Shown piece after piece: positions 24,130-38,050 of a stretch of 64,000 nt of DNA. Every line of letters starts with the position of its first letter. The first letter of the stretch is position 1. Below the pieces are notes generated by a model that did not search any database, was not told the origin of the DNA, and worked only from the letters and a program-made list of their open reading frames with translations. Source of the DNA: the human T2T-CHM13v2.0 reference genome, Homo sapiens; assembly GCF_009914755.1 (NCBI RefSeq), contig NC_060928.1. One strand, given 5' to 3'. A program made the position numbers and the translations under genes.

Positions 24130-24930
24130 TGGTATAATAAGAACTATATTTGGTCTTTGTCCCTGGTTCCTAGCACAAAGCCCCTAAAGCCTTTAGAAGC
24201 TCCTGAGTGATAGGAGGGTCTTTTGTTATTCATAATAAGTTCCTTTGGATCACATGTGAATTTATGCTAATGAGATGACTCAGGGTGAGGCCTCTAGTTA
24301 GCCTCAACATGGAAATGGTCACCAGAAAGACCAAATGATCAGAGGGCTGGAATTTTCAGCCCTATCCACCAACCTCCAGGAAAAGCACTGGAGATCAAGC
24401 TGTATAAAAACTCTTCAACAAGAGGATTTGATCAGTTTCCACATTGGTGAACACATCAAGGTGCTGGGAGGATGGCATGCCTGGAGAGGGAACAGAAGCT
24501 TCATGTCCCTTCCCCATACCTTATACCATGTACCTATTCATCTGGCTGTGTTCATTTGTATCAATTATAATATCGTTTATGACTGGTAAATGTAAAGAAA
24601 GTGTCTCCCTGAGTTCTGTGAGCTGTTATATCAAGTTATTGAACATGTGGGGTTGTGGGAACCCAAAATTCATAGCCAAGTCAGTCAGGAGTGTAGGTAA
24701 CCTAGGAGTGCACTACTTGTAATTGGCATCTGAAATGGGAAGGAGTCTGTGGGAGGGAGCCCCGAATAACCTGTGGGGTCTGCACAAACTTGGGGTAGTC
24801 AGTATCCAAATTAAGTTAAATTCTAGGACAGCCAGTTGGTGTCCAAAGAGAAATGGAGAATTCTTCACTGTGGAAAACCTACACATTTGGTGGGTGTCAG
24901 AAGTGTAAGTAGAAAGAGTTTTCCTTTTAT
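24130..24930 (+). mobile_element. MER21-family LTR
   Basis: ggtctttgtccctggttcctagcacaaagcccctaaa...agaaagaccaaatgatcagagggctggaattttcagc...acatttggtgggtgtcagaagtg. Confidence 0.75.
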
Positions 24931-27564
24931 ACCTTAATTCTATCAATGAGATAAGGTTATCTAAAACATGTGTAGACTCAATTATATTCATCACTTCAGG
25001 TTTTAAAAAGCCTCAAAAATGTAAATCTGTATGTTGGTTAAAGAGTGAGGATTTTGGATATTCTACACCATTTCATTGTTTGAAAGGCCTATATTTTCCA
25101 TATGAGAAAACACCTGAACTTGATTCATAATTCCTCAAACATGGGGCTAAATTACAACCAAGAAGAATTTAGGTGGTCAGTATATGGGTGTTTACTATAA
25201 AATTAGGAAATTTGTATAATAAAACATTGAAAAAAGTATAACCAAGGAAGTTACTATAGTCTGCCTGGTTTTCTGAATATGAAATGACTGGAAGAACAAT
25301 AACTGCTAAGGGAGAAACTAAGGTTGTGTGTCAAGGTGAAGCTCAACAGGATGGGATAGTGTGATGTGTGCAAGGGTGAGATATCTTCCTACGGTAGAGC
25401 ACTAGTCTCTAGCTGCCCCTCATGTGATTCTGCTTCTGAAGAATCCACAATGTTTCAGCTACTATACTTATTGAAGAATGAATGAATAAATGAGTGAGTG
25501 GATTTATATGCCAGCTTTTGACTGCTTGTATTTATTTATTCTACTCTCTATACAGCCGGGAAGTGGGAAAATACAGTGGCTGCTGATGCCCAATACATAC
25601 CTGATTTGCATTACTCCATCCATGTTTGTACTATCATATAGAGAAGATAAAGCTGTCTTTTTGGAAAAACTGAAAATGTCGCTCTGACAAAAATTCTCAC
25701 ACTAATGAGATGAAGTAGAAAGAATTCCTTCAGCATCTAACAACTAAAATCCATTAACATTCCTAAGGAATAATAAAGATTTTAAAATGTCAACCTGATA
25801 AAAGTGAGTTTCTGACTTAGACTGAGTTGTAAAAACATGAAAAACTGACTGAAATGATCTGCACGTGTCATCCTTGCATTTTTCTCTCTTTACTCTTCAA
25901 CTCATCTTCCACTTAATTTTCTATTTGTACAATTACCCAAGTTCTGATATCAACTCATGTGTCATGAGTTTCTCCCAGTGGTCTTATGTTTGAATGAATT
26001 GGGATTGGCTATCTAAAATAGATTGACCAATTTTCTGAAGCAAGAATGAGTTAATCTTTCAATGTATATTCCCCCACCATCTAAAACTAATATTACAGCA
26101 GAGATTCACCTGAGGGAGTATCAGAAATAACAATAAGAGAAGAATACAGAGAACTGGTTTCCAGATAATAACTACTAGCGTATTTTTTCCCAAAGTACTA
26201 AGAAATTTTAAATAATTAGGTGAAATAGTTCTTAAATAGAATAAGTTATTCATGGAATGTGCCTAACAACATATAGTATTTGAAAGTACCTATTAGATTA
26301 GTGTAAGATCACTTAATTGTCTTGCCAAAATAAAAGTCTTGGGAAGAATTTATCCTTTCTTTTTTTTTTCCTGTCCTGAAAGTTTTGGCCAAGTTGAGTG
26401 AAATAATACATTTCCTACTTTCCATTTCCCATGATGCTGGAATATTACCCAGGAAATAAACATGATTGAGTCTGTTTGTTTCCTAAAGCCATGAGAAAAA
26501 TGTGGACCACTTGGAAAGTTTCACCCAAGGGAAAAGGCTCATGCTGAGATCATTGATGTTGCAAACGTGTTTGGTTACTTTTCTCAAGAGTCCACTTCTG
26601 ATCGCTGGATTAGGAAGCTTGCAGCCCATAAGAAACAGCCTCTCGTCCAAGGTCAACAGAGTTGGGAAAAAGGACTAAGCTTAATAGATTTTCTCAATGT
26701 CCAAGGATGTTGACAGTAGCAGAAATATTGCACCCAGCCTTCTACCTATGTCAGCTCCTTTGCAAGGCATGAATTTGATATTTGAAGTATAATTTACTTG
26801 ATGCCTTCAACCTAATAAAAAATTCACATTAATATCTTTCTCCTACTCCCCCAGCTGCCTTTGTTTACAGTTGTGGCCTCAGCTCTCATAGAGTTAATTC
26901 TTTGTTTAGCTTGCTTGCAGTCAGTCAAATTTATAAATAAAGTGGCAGACCATAAAGGATTTTTTTGGACAACTGCCATCATGAGAATAGGGAGTAGTAG
27001 GCAGAGCCAGAAAATAATGGTGGAGAGAAACAGGAGGAGGAGAAAGGAAAGGGAAGACTCAGGGACAAAGGTGTCATGAGGAGCACGAACACATGAAAAA
27101 CCCAAGATGGGTTAGGGGAATCAACAAGCAAAACAGTCAGGATATGGATCTTTTGCAAGGTGCAGCAGAAGAGACAGGGTATTGAGTTTGATTACTTTCT
27201 AAAAATAGCTCCCATGGCCAAAAGATCAGGAAACTGGCTGAGAAGTTAACTGGCTGAGAAGGCAGAATCTATAGAGGATAGTGAAAAATTCAGATGAGTT
27301 GTTTGCATTATATCTTAGTATAGATGCTATAAACTTTGAATTAAAAAACTAGTGATTATAGAGTTAAAATGAATACTTACAATGCTTTCTTGAAAAAGAA
27401 AGCTCTAGAATCTTCTTCCTTCTTTTGAGAAAGCTGTGCTAGCTCCTTTATTAGTTTCCTTGTTCCTCATGACACTGCTTTCTGAGTTTGGCTTATTTGG
27501 AGCTTTTCACCTAGCTAGGATTGCATTTGCTTTCTGGGGTCTAGGATCTTTCTTTTCTTTTAAA

Positions 27565-27875
27565 TTTTTTGGGAGCATGGGATCTTGCTATGTTGCCCAG
27601 GCCAAAGTGCAGTGGCTATTCACTAACTAGATCCCACTGCTGATCAGCATGGGAGTTTTGACTCACTATTTCTGACCTGGGCCAGTCTGACCTGGGCCAG
27701 TTCACTCCTCCTTAGGCAAACTGGCAGTCCCGGGAGGTCACCATATTGATGCTGAACTTAGTGCAGACATCCCATCGGCATAGTGTACTACAGCCCGGAA
27801 TGCCTGGGTTCAGATGGTCCTCTCTCTCAGCCTCCAGAATGGCTGGAACTACAGGTGTGTGCCACCTTACCCAGC
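27565..27875 (-). pseudogene. 7SL (SRP) RNA processed pseudogene
   Basis: 7SL-specific S domain (ctgatcagcatgggagttttg...cgggaggtcaccatattgatgctgaacttagtg) between Alu-domain ends; degraded TSD aggatctttct / aggctctttct. Confidence 0.93.
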
Positions 27876-28039
27876 AAGGCTCTTTCTATTGGACATTTCA
27901 CACTTCATCTCATATCTCCCTGTCTTCTTGATCAGGTACTCTCTGCCTGCTACTGGCTTTTTCACCATAAAAAATTTCAAAGAACAAAGGCAAAATCATG
28001 GCAAGTCTTGTTCTCTTAGCAGCTCATAACATTGCAATA

Positions 28040-28290
28040 GCCCTAGAACTCAATTTAAAGGTCATTACTATTCCTAAGAGCCGTTTGTTTCCCCATAGGT
28101 ATCCTTTCTGCCCCTCCCCTTCAGCTATTAAAAAGCCTTTAAGTCTATAGGCCTCCTTGAGTTACACTTTTCTGTGAATTCCTGTATGTATTGAAATCAA
28201 ATTTTGTCTCTTCTCTTGCTAACCTGTCAGTTTAACTCACACGCCCGCAGACACAAAACCCACGAGGGTAAAGTTTCTCCTCTCTAACAC
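28040..28290 (+). mobile_element. ERV1-type LTR 3' fragment (a second LTR-end fragment at ~28610-28652)
   Basis: ctcttgctaacctgtc...gagggtaaagtttctcctctctaaca terminus resembles MER4/MER34-group LTR ends. Confidence 0.5.
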
Positions 28291-29254
28291 AAGGCATTCA
28301 GTATGAGCTTTTTGGATGTCCTACCACCACGCAGACTCAAGATAGCAGTGTGTCTGCTCATCCACTGCTCCATCCTACACTGGTCCTGGCCCTCGTCCTT
28401 ACCACTTCTCATGGGCCTCCCTGTCTGCTTGTCAACCTCTTTTTAGGAAATATTTAAGATTTAGTCCTGGATTCTCTTTGTTTTTCCTTCATGGATTAGC
28501 AAATTCTAACAGTGGCAATAGTTAACATCTCACTGAACACTTAAACTTAACCATGCCAGGCAGTGTTCCTAGTACCTTCCATAGAGCTTAAATAACTTGC
28601 CAGAGTACGAAACCTCCAGAGGGTGAAGGGCAAGTTTTCCCTTTGCCCTACAGTAGAAATTAATAAAGTCTGAACATAAATGTGTGCAAAAGAATCCAGA
28701 AAATACTTCACAAGCAAAGCCTATTAGAAACCGAGGTCAAAGCGGCTGTGAGACCCAGCTGGTCTCTTCCATGCTTCTTTCTCCCTGGCTTCTCTGCTTC
28801 TCTCCATGCATCAGCCGCCTCATCCCCCTGCCCTCCAAAAACTGGTTCTCTTTGCTTATTCATAATTTGAGCCTATGTAATGCCAGGACCACCTCTACAT
28901 GACCTCCCAGGTTCAGGGGTCACCACCACCTGGAACAGTGTTTCAGTCCCACAATTTGAAAGTCCCTGAAAAGCAAGCTGACTCACCTGTTCATCATTTC
29001 TCACCCAGCTTTTAGGAGAAAACCTGTATTTTTTCTTATGTTGCTTTAGAATAGTTTGCTGTGTGTCGCTCTGAGGTGGAAGAGTACAGGAGTGAATATT
29101 TCCAGCTTTTTACTATCCTTTAAATGTCCCTTGTCATGGGAGGTCCAATGTCTTATCTCATTGGTGAGATTATAAAGGACCTGGCTTCCTTGGGCTATCT
29201 GATTAATAAGAGGGTGCTGTGTCCCCCAAACCACCAGCACTCTGATTCTTTCAT

Positions 29255-29396
29255 TCCCTTTCCTTCTCCTTCCCCCTCATACAACTGCCTTTTCTTCTCT
29301 TTTCTCTTCCCTCCCCCTTCATTCTCTTCTTCCCTCCCCCTTTTCCTCTCACTCTCTCCCCTCTTTCTTTCTCCCTCTCTTCTCCTTCTTCCCCTC
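29255..29396. repeat. CT-rich polypyrimidine low-complexity tract
   Basis: Seen directly. Confidence 0.9.
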
Positions 29397-29804
29397 AGGA
29401 GCACTTCGGGAGGTAGACTCACCTTGTATATCCACTCTCCATGAAGCAGGTACACCAACCCACCTAGCTAGAGCTCCACTTTTTGGTTCCACTTTTCTGC
29501 CTACACCTGAGTCTATTAGGTCTCCCCTTTCTTAGGAGCTGATATTCTGGAAGGCTTCATTTTGGTTTCAGACCCAAGTTCCCTAATCCAGCTTTACCAG
29601 GAAGCCTGTACTTTGAGAATGACTGAACCTATGCAATAAAACTTGATCTCCATTATATCTATTCTTAATTTGTTAGAATACAGAGCAAAGAAAGAGTATG
29701 ATATTTCTCCCTTTGGAATCCAACACAGACCACAGACCAGCTTATAGTTGGGATGGCCAGGAGTCAGGTGTAGCCAGGAGTCTGGGTCATGTTGTCTTAT
29801 TGCT

Positions 29805-29936
29805 GGGGTAACTCCACCTCCTGATTTGCCAGGGACAACCCCAGTTTACAACTCATGACCCTACATACTTATTATTATAGCCTTCTTTCTCTCAAAATAG
29901 TGTGCTAGTAAGGTCAATAAGTCATGTAGTCACCCT
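29805..29936. mobile_element. MER94-like MITE
   Basis: ggggtaact...gggacaaccccagtttac...gtagtcaccct. Confidence 0.6.
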
Positions 29937-30149
29937 ATCTTTTGCTCCCCTAACAAGAGCTGTTCATCAGTCAAGTTCCTTCAGAAGGGAGCATATGTGC
30001 AGCTATCACTGTAAAATATGTCATGTACAAGCTGTAGATTTCTCAATTTGGCATTTAAGATCCTTCACAATCCTTTTCCTGATTACAGGTTTCCATGCTT
30101 CTTACCCTTCAGCTAGACTAATGTGCCTGGTATTTTTTTATAATTACAA

Positions 30150-30816
<667 letters not shown>

Positions 30817-30966
30817 GGGCACTTTTAAAAGATAAAATATTTTCTTTTAAAACTTAAATCACGTTATTACTTTCAGTCAAAAATACGTCAAGCCTTAAAT
30901 GAACGTTTTCTCTTTCTGCCACACTGTCAAACTGAGAAAGTATGTTTTAAAAAAAAAAAAAAAAAA

Positions 30967-31230
30967 TTGTGTATTTCCATAGGTTATTGGAGAATAGGTG
31001 GTGTCTGGTTACAGGAGTAAGTTCTTTAGTGATGACTTGTGAGATTTTGGTGCACCCATCACCTGAGCAGTGTATACTGCACCCAATTTGTAGTCTTTTA
31101 TCCCTCACCCCCTTCCTACCCTTCCACCCTGAGTTCCCAAAGTCCATTGTGTCATTCTTATGCTTTGCATTCTCATAACTTAGCTCCCACTTATGAGTGA
31201 GAACATACAATGTTTGTTTTACCATTCCTG
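30967..31230 (-). mobile_element. L1PB 3' end
   Basis: gagattttggtgcacccatcacctgagcagtg...tagctcccacttatgagtgagaacata. Confidence 0.82.
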
Positions 31231-31231
31231 G

Positions 31232-31352
31232 TTTACTTGCTGCTTTCACACTATACCAGCATAGTTGAGTAGTTGCAACAGAGACTCTATGTCCTATAAA
31301 GCTGAAAGTGTTTATCAACTGGCCCTTTACAGAAAAAGTTTACTGACCTCTG
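31232..31352. mobile_element. MER58 fragment
   Basis: gagtagttgcaacagagac...tggccctttacagaaaaagtttactgacctctg. Confidence 0.8.
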
Positions 31353-32809
31353 CTCTAAGAGACTAAATGACTTTTCCAAAATTATACAGCTTGTAGGACA
31401 AAGTTCTGCAACTTGAATCCAGATCCGTTGATTATCTCAATGAACAGGCTTACTAATTAGAAGTCTCTTTGCTTTTTATATACATATATATATGTATATG
31501 CAATGTTTTTATGCTTTTGAATCATTTTGGGGACAGCCAAGATTCTTAACTTCAACTTCAATTGTAAAAAGCTTTAATTATGGAGGCATGGTAAATGCAA
31601 AACCCACAGATGCAGCCTCTTGAGTGCAGCTGACGTGAGCACCTCCTTCTCACAACTAATCAAACAGCTCCACTCTTCTGTCCCAAGCTACACTCAAGCT
31701 GAAGTGTGTCACCTGCAGGATACTTATCTCTCCCAACAGTGCCATGATGGGATGTATTCTCAGCCTGACCCCAGCCAAAATACTTGTCAAGAGTATTATA
31801 CCCCTTGGTGCTCTTATGACTAAGGAAAATCAATATAATATATGATCTGATGAAGAAAAGAAGTATCACCCTCACATTATACCTTATTAGTGGCTTCTCA
31901 AAAAATTTTTTTAACATTTACTGACAATATCTGCTCTGCATACTGTGTATACAAGGAATGCATTTGAAGCTCAAATATTTACCTCTTTTACTTCAAAACA
32001 GCTTTGTCAGATGGCAAGCTTACAATAACTTGGTAGATAGTCATCTGTTCTCAATAGGAAGTAAGTTGCTCAAAGGATTTGAATAGGAGCAAGATGGCCA
32101 ATTTGGGCAGTTTCCCAATTATTACTGTGTTGGTTCATGGTATCTATTATTTTCTTTTTCTATATAAATTCCCAGAAATTAATCACATCCATTTCTAAAA
32201 TTAAATACACACACATATTTCAAAACCCAGCTAATTTTTGAAACACTCTAAGTTTTGGAATAAGGCCCATTCTCCCTTTCCCGGTTGAGGGCTCATAGCC
32301 CAGAACTGAACAAATGGTTTCTTAAATGTCAGAAAATATATGCATTTCACTCTATGTAATTTCTTTCCCAAATATTACATGGAATTCTAAGACAAATGAT
32401 CCATTAGGCCTTCGTGTGCTATTAGCTCATGTTGATTACAGTTATTAATGAACTTGTCAAGAAAGAAGGCAAAACACATATATACTACAATAAGAAAATC
32501 TCTATGAGATACAGTTGTAAGGCAGTTTACTTCATCATCATCATCATTGTTGCTAATAAAAGCCTATTGGTCTTCCACTGGTTGAGGATTGAAAAATAAA
32601 AAATAAAAGCCAATAGGAATTATACTGGGCTTGACTTTCTACTGAGCTGTCAGGGAAACCTCTAGCAATGTGGTAATCTAGAGTAGAGAGAATGGGTACG
32701 GCATAAAGTGCTTTACCTGCCTTAGTTAAAATGTGCATCAGGTCATGGAGCCCTCCTAATGCTATACAAAACAGTTTGCAATGTATCCTTCCACTGCAGG
32801 TTTTGTTTC

Positions 32810-33880
32810 TTAAGTTTTTATTTTGAAATACAGGAAAGTTCCAAAAATTTTCATATACCCTTCACCCAGATTCCCCCAAAGTTAATATTTTACATTTGAT
32901 TTATCATTGTTGTATAGTATAGAGATAGACAGATGGATAGACACAATGATGATTTTGCATCACTTGAGAGTAAGTTAGACACACAATGCTCCTTTCCCAC
33001 TAAATACTTCAGTGTGCATTTCCTGAAACCAAGAACATTCTCTTATGTAATCACAATACAGTTATCAAAATCAGGAAATTAAATTTAATACAATTAAATC
33101 AGAAGACTAACTTTCATCTACAGATCTCTTTCAAATTTTGCTAATTGTCTCACAAATATCCTTTATAGAAAAAGAAAAATATTCTGTTCCAGGAGTTCAT
33201 CTAGGAGAACAAATTGCATTTAGTTTTCTTCTTTCTTTAGTCTCCTTTAATCTAGAATCTCCAGTTTGATGACCTTGATGCTTTTGAAGAATCCAGACCA
33301 TTTATTTTAAAAAATATCTCTCAACTTGTAGATTCTGATATTTCCTCATGGTTAGACTCACAATATATGTTTTGAGCAGGAATACAGAGAGATGTTTGGC
33401 TCTTTCTCGGCACATCATATCCAAGGTACATGATATCCAGCTGTCCAGTTACAGGTGATATTAACCTTGTACCTTGGTTAAGGTAGTATCTGCTGGGTTT
33501 CTTCATTGTAAGTTATTATATTTCTCCTTTGTCATTAATAAATATCTTGTGTGAGGTTACATTGAGACTACATAATATCCTCTTTCTCACCAAACTTTCA
33601 GCCAGTAATTGTATCATACACTGGTGGTTCTTGCATGAAATAATTATTACTATGAATTATTACTATGGAGGTTACCAAAAGTGATTTTTAAAATTTAAAC
33701 ATTTTTTCTACACTGATTACTATATGGATGGGCTTTTTCCTTCTTGCCTATTTATTTATGTGCTCATTTATGTCAGAATAGATTCATTAATTCTTATTTG
33801 ATTCAATAAATTTTAAACTAGTACTATCCTTGTTTATTTTGATGCACAAATGGTTCCAGTTTTGACTAGTGGAAGCCCTG
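32810..33880 (-). mobile_element. L1MC (MC4-like) 3' end
   Basis: tacccttcacccagattcccc...aaatacttcagtgtgcatttcct...aaggtagtatctgctgggtttcttcattgtaa. Confidence 0.75.
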
Positions 33881-34291
33881 CTGCAAATCTCTGAGGTGGG
33901 CAGTAAGGTAATCTGAACTATGTCTTATGGTGTTACTGCTGGCAGCACTGTAAAGGGTGCTTTAGAAACACAAGAGATAAGAGGTGGAGAAAACCATTAG
34001 CAATGAGGAGAGCACTAGGTACAGAAAGGACAAAATGGATTTTAGTGATCTGGGGAAGCAGAATCAATAAGATTTGGAATCTACATGTAGACGTAAAGGA
34101 GAAAGGGTTTTTGGCCTGAGTACCTGGGAGTTAGTAATGCCACAGGTAGAAGCAGAGGATAAAGAAGCAGAGGCAAGGGTGCAAATGAAGACAAGGAGTT
34201 TTGTTTTAGGCTTGTGAGTTAAAGCCTCCAAGTATACATCCATGTGGAAATGCCCAGCACAAGTAGAGGCCTGGAGCTCAGAAAAGAAATA

Positions 34292-34638
34292 CAGTAGTTC
34301 CCCCTTTATCCACAGGGGAGATGTTCAAAGATCCCCTAGTGGATGCCTGAAATTCTATATACACTATGATTTTTTTTATCTGATTACCAAGCTGACTATG
34401 AAGTGACTAGCAGGTAGGTAGTGTACTGAGTGTAGATATGTTGGAAGGGATGATTCACGTCTGGAAAAGAATGGAGCTAGATGGCATGAGGTTTCTTCAT
34501 GCTACTCAAAAGAGTGTGCAATTTAAAACCTATGAATTGTTTATTTCTGGAATTTTTCATTCGACATTTTTGGACCATGGTTGACCATGGATGACTGAAA
34601 CTGCACAAAGTGAAACCCCAGATAAGGAGAGACTACTT
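34292..34638 (-). mobile_element. MER44A (Tigger7-derived MITE)
   Basis: TIRs cagtagttccccctttatcc / gataaggagagactact; TA flanks. Confidence 0.85.
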
Positions 34639-34976
34639 TAATGGTAAAGAAGTAGGTTGATTTAGGAATTGTCAAAAACTGAGGCTTTGGAAGAGGCTCA
34701 CTTAGCAGGAGTGTGAGGCCAAAATAGAAGAAAAGAGGACCTTTGTTCTATTCAAATTTGACTCCAGTTACTACTCCTTCCCTTTTGAAATTGTCTTTTA
34801 TCTAGATTTTGATAATATATCAAAAAGATTTTTTGATATTCTTACTTTCTATAGCGTCTTTCCCTTACTCCACCACTGGCATTTTAATTGTAGGCATTCC
34901 CTAAGACTAACCCTCTTTTCTTGTATTTTTCCTTTACGATCCTGATAAAGGAGCTCATTTACTTCCAAAACCTTAG

Positions 34977-35300
<324 letters not shown>

Positions 35301-36065
35301 CCCAAATTCACTTGTTTACTATTACAGTAGTCCCACCTTATTTGTGGTTTCATTTTGCACAGTTTCAGTCACCCATGGTCAACCACAGCCCAAAAATATT
35401 AAATAGAAAATTCCAGAAATGAAGGATCAGATGAGGCCATGAACTTGACAATTAGGAAGCCAGTGTTATCTTTGAGAGAACTATCTTCATAGAACAGTGT
35501 GAACAGAAACCAATATATAGGTTAGTATGGTGAGGCGAGGAAGTGATAATAGTGAATATGATCCACACTTTGGGAAAGTTTGGCAGTGTGAGGAAGATAG
35601 AGAGTGCCTTTGGATGAGGCAGGAACAAGAGGATCTTTCTTTGATTGGCGGGCCTACCATTGTTTTATGCTAAGGGATGTAACAAGTGACAACATCAAGA
35701 ATGCAAGGGTTACTATTGCAAAGCAAAAAGTCTTACCTTACCTGGACTGTAGAGAGAAGAATTAGTGAAAGCATAGAGGAGTCTTGAAGTGAAGGGAAAA
35801 GCTTTTGAGGGAAGATGATGTTCAGGCTAAGTAACCCTGATTTTCTCAGTGTAGTCAGAGCAAAAGGAAAATAATAAGTTCAGAGATTTTTGAAGAGTGA
35901 AAATGATTTTGGAGCAGCCATGAGGAGGGAAATATACCTAAGAATAATATGGCAGCATTCTCCTTTTTTATAAAGACCCAATCATATATAACACCATGTC
36001 AGTGATGGCTGTACACATGAACACCTCAAATCCTCTACAGATTAGAGAATATGAATATCATGAAT

Positions 36066-36881
36066 GTGTTAGGCTACTTCAGAAGCTGATGTCAATTCAG
36101 GATTAAAGTTACAAGAGATTTATCGTGGTGGAGGCATTGGGGGTAATGCCTGCGTATTAGTCCATTTTCACACTGCTGATAAAAACATACCCGAGTGTGA
36201 GTAATTTATTTAAAAAAAAAAAAGAAAAAAGAGGTTTAATGGACTCACAGTTACATGTGGCTGGAGAGGCCTCACAATCATGGCAGAAGGCGAAAGGCAC
36301 GCCTTACATGGCAGCAGGCAAGAGAGAGAATGGGAACCAAGCAAAAGGGGTTTCCCCTTATAAAACCATCAGTTCTCATGAGACTTATTTACTATCACAA
36401 GAACAGTATGGGGGAAATGGCCCACATGATTCAATTATCTCCCATCAGGTCCCTTCCTCAACATGTGGGAATTATGGGATCTACAATTCAAGATGAGATT
36501 TGGGTGGGGACACAGCCAAACTATATCAGCCTGTGAAAGATAAAAGGGTGGGAGTCACAGGCAGGATGGTGATGTGGATCTGACCCCTGTGAAGGAGAAG
36601 GTGAATTCTGGAAGCAGGATTAGGTAGGAAGAGCCTCAGTCTACAGTGTCACTCTAGAAAGTTTGACCAAGCCATAGGGGAATCTTTGAGCCAAAGTCAT
36701 CTGTTAATGGAGGCTTCTGTCTTGCAAGAAAGGACCAGCTTTACTATTTCTGCCATGGATAGTCACTGGCTGGAAGCAGCCTGTGGGAAGCATGGAGTGA
36801 GCCTAGGGCTTGATCCAAGGGGAAGCAGCACAATTTTGCTCTGCAGCAGAGGATTTGAGTGCCACATTTCCATGGCTGTAC
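36066..36881 (-). mobile_element. LTR16C-like ERVL solo LTR interrupted by THE1
   Basis: caagagatttat...gcctg|tgaaagataaaaggg...ggattaggtaggaagagcctcag...ccatggctgtaca. Confidence 0.7.
36153..36528 (-). mobile_element. THE1 (C-like) solo LTR
   Basis: gtattagtccattttcacactgctgataa...ggggacacagccaaactatatca; 5-bp TSD gcctg at 36148-36152 and 36529-36533. Confidence 0.9.
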
Positions 36882-37426
36882 AGTGGGCATGTAATAAATA
36901 TATATTTTGCAAGAAATAGATATGTCTTTCTGGAAGAAAGAAAATTACCTGATAGAGTGTCCAATGGAAGCTCCAAAGATGGGCCAAGCTGAAAACCTTA
37001 GCCTGGGAGGACGTGTTAATGTCTAGTCAGTTGTGACATAGGGCTAAAAATTCGACCATCCAAGTGCATAGATGAACTCAGGGGGTTGTGGAAGGTTTGA
37101 AACGCTGGATCAAAGTGGAGAAGTGTAACCTAGACAACATCTGGTACATTGACTTACAGAGGCTCTGAGGACCTTATTTAGCCAAACTTGAATAGGCAGG
37201 CAGGGTGTCGGGAAGAAAGTAAGCAAAGGTGCCTGAACATTGTACTCATTAAACAGGAATAAGAGTGCTGTTACACTGCGATGAATAAATTGGGTTTCAG
37301 TAAAGGTCTTTGCTGCTTCCCTGGAAAGTTTAACATTAAAAAAATCTGTCATTTGTAAAGGCATTTCTAGCATTTCCAACTGCTGAAATTAGGGTTCAGT
37401 GAGTAAGGCAGAGTTGTCAGAATGAA

Positions 37427-37588
37427 GGGCTGGATCCTGTCTTTAAGATTTTAATACTTTGTGCATCACAGATTTTGCAACTTTTTTTTTTTAGTATTGC
37501 ATAAAAATGTTTATCTAGATTACTGAGGTTTTGGTGCCCCCTTATATATTACGCCTAAGGTGAGTGCCTCACCCTTGTGCCAACCCTG
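37427..37588 (-). mobile_element. MER96-like MITE
   Basis: ggatcctgtctttaagatttt...ttactgaggttttggtgccccctta...cacccttgtgccaaccctg. Confidence 0.65.
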
Positions 37589-37734
37589 TTTCAATTTTGT
37601 AAACATTTTTTTCTGTTTTTGATGCTGGACCATCTATCTCATGTGGTGGCAAAAGGCATTAAAAAGAGATAACACCACTGGGGGTGCAAGCATTTGGGGG
37701 AAGAAACAAGGATCTCTCTCTCTCTCTCTCTCTC

Positions 37735-38050
37735 AATAGACTTTGTTTTTTAGAGCAGTTTTAGGTTCACAGCAAAATTGAGAGGAAGGTACAGAGATTT
37801 CCCATATACCCACTGCTCTTATACATGCATGGACTACCCCATTATCAACATCCTCCACCAGAGTGGTACCTTTGTTGTTGATGAACCTATTGACAAAACA
37901 TTATCACCCAAAGACCACAGTTTACATTAGGGTTTACTCTTGGTGTTGTACATTCTATGGGTTTGAAAAAATGTATAATGACATGTATCTGCCATTATGG
38001 CTTCATGCAGAGTAGTTTCACTGCCCTAAAAATCCTCTGTGCTGTACATC
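37735..38050 (-). mobile_element. L1MD 3' end
   Basis: ttagagcagttttaggttcacagcaaaattgag...gtagtttcactgccctaaaaatcctctgtgct. Confidence 0.82.

Noticed and set aside
27565-27875. Functional 7SL gene
   Set aside because: Heavily diverged, CpG-depleted, S-domain indels, tail and TSD of a retrocopy
29124-29458. S/P/F/L-rich and R/E/G-rich ORFs
   Set aside because: Translation of a CT-rich low-complexity tract
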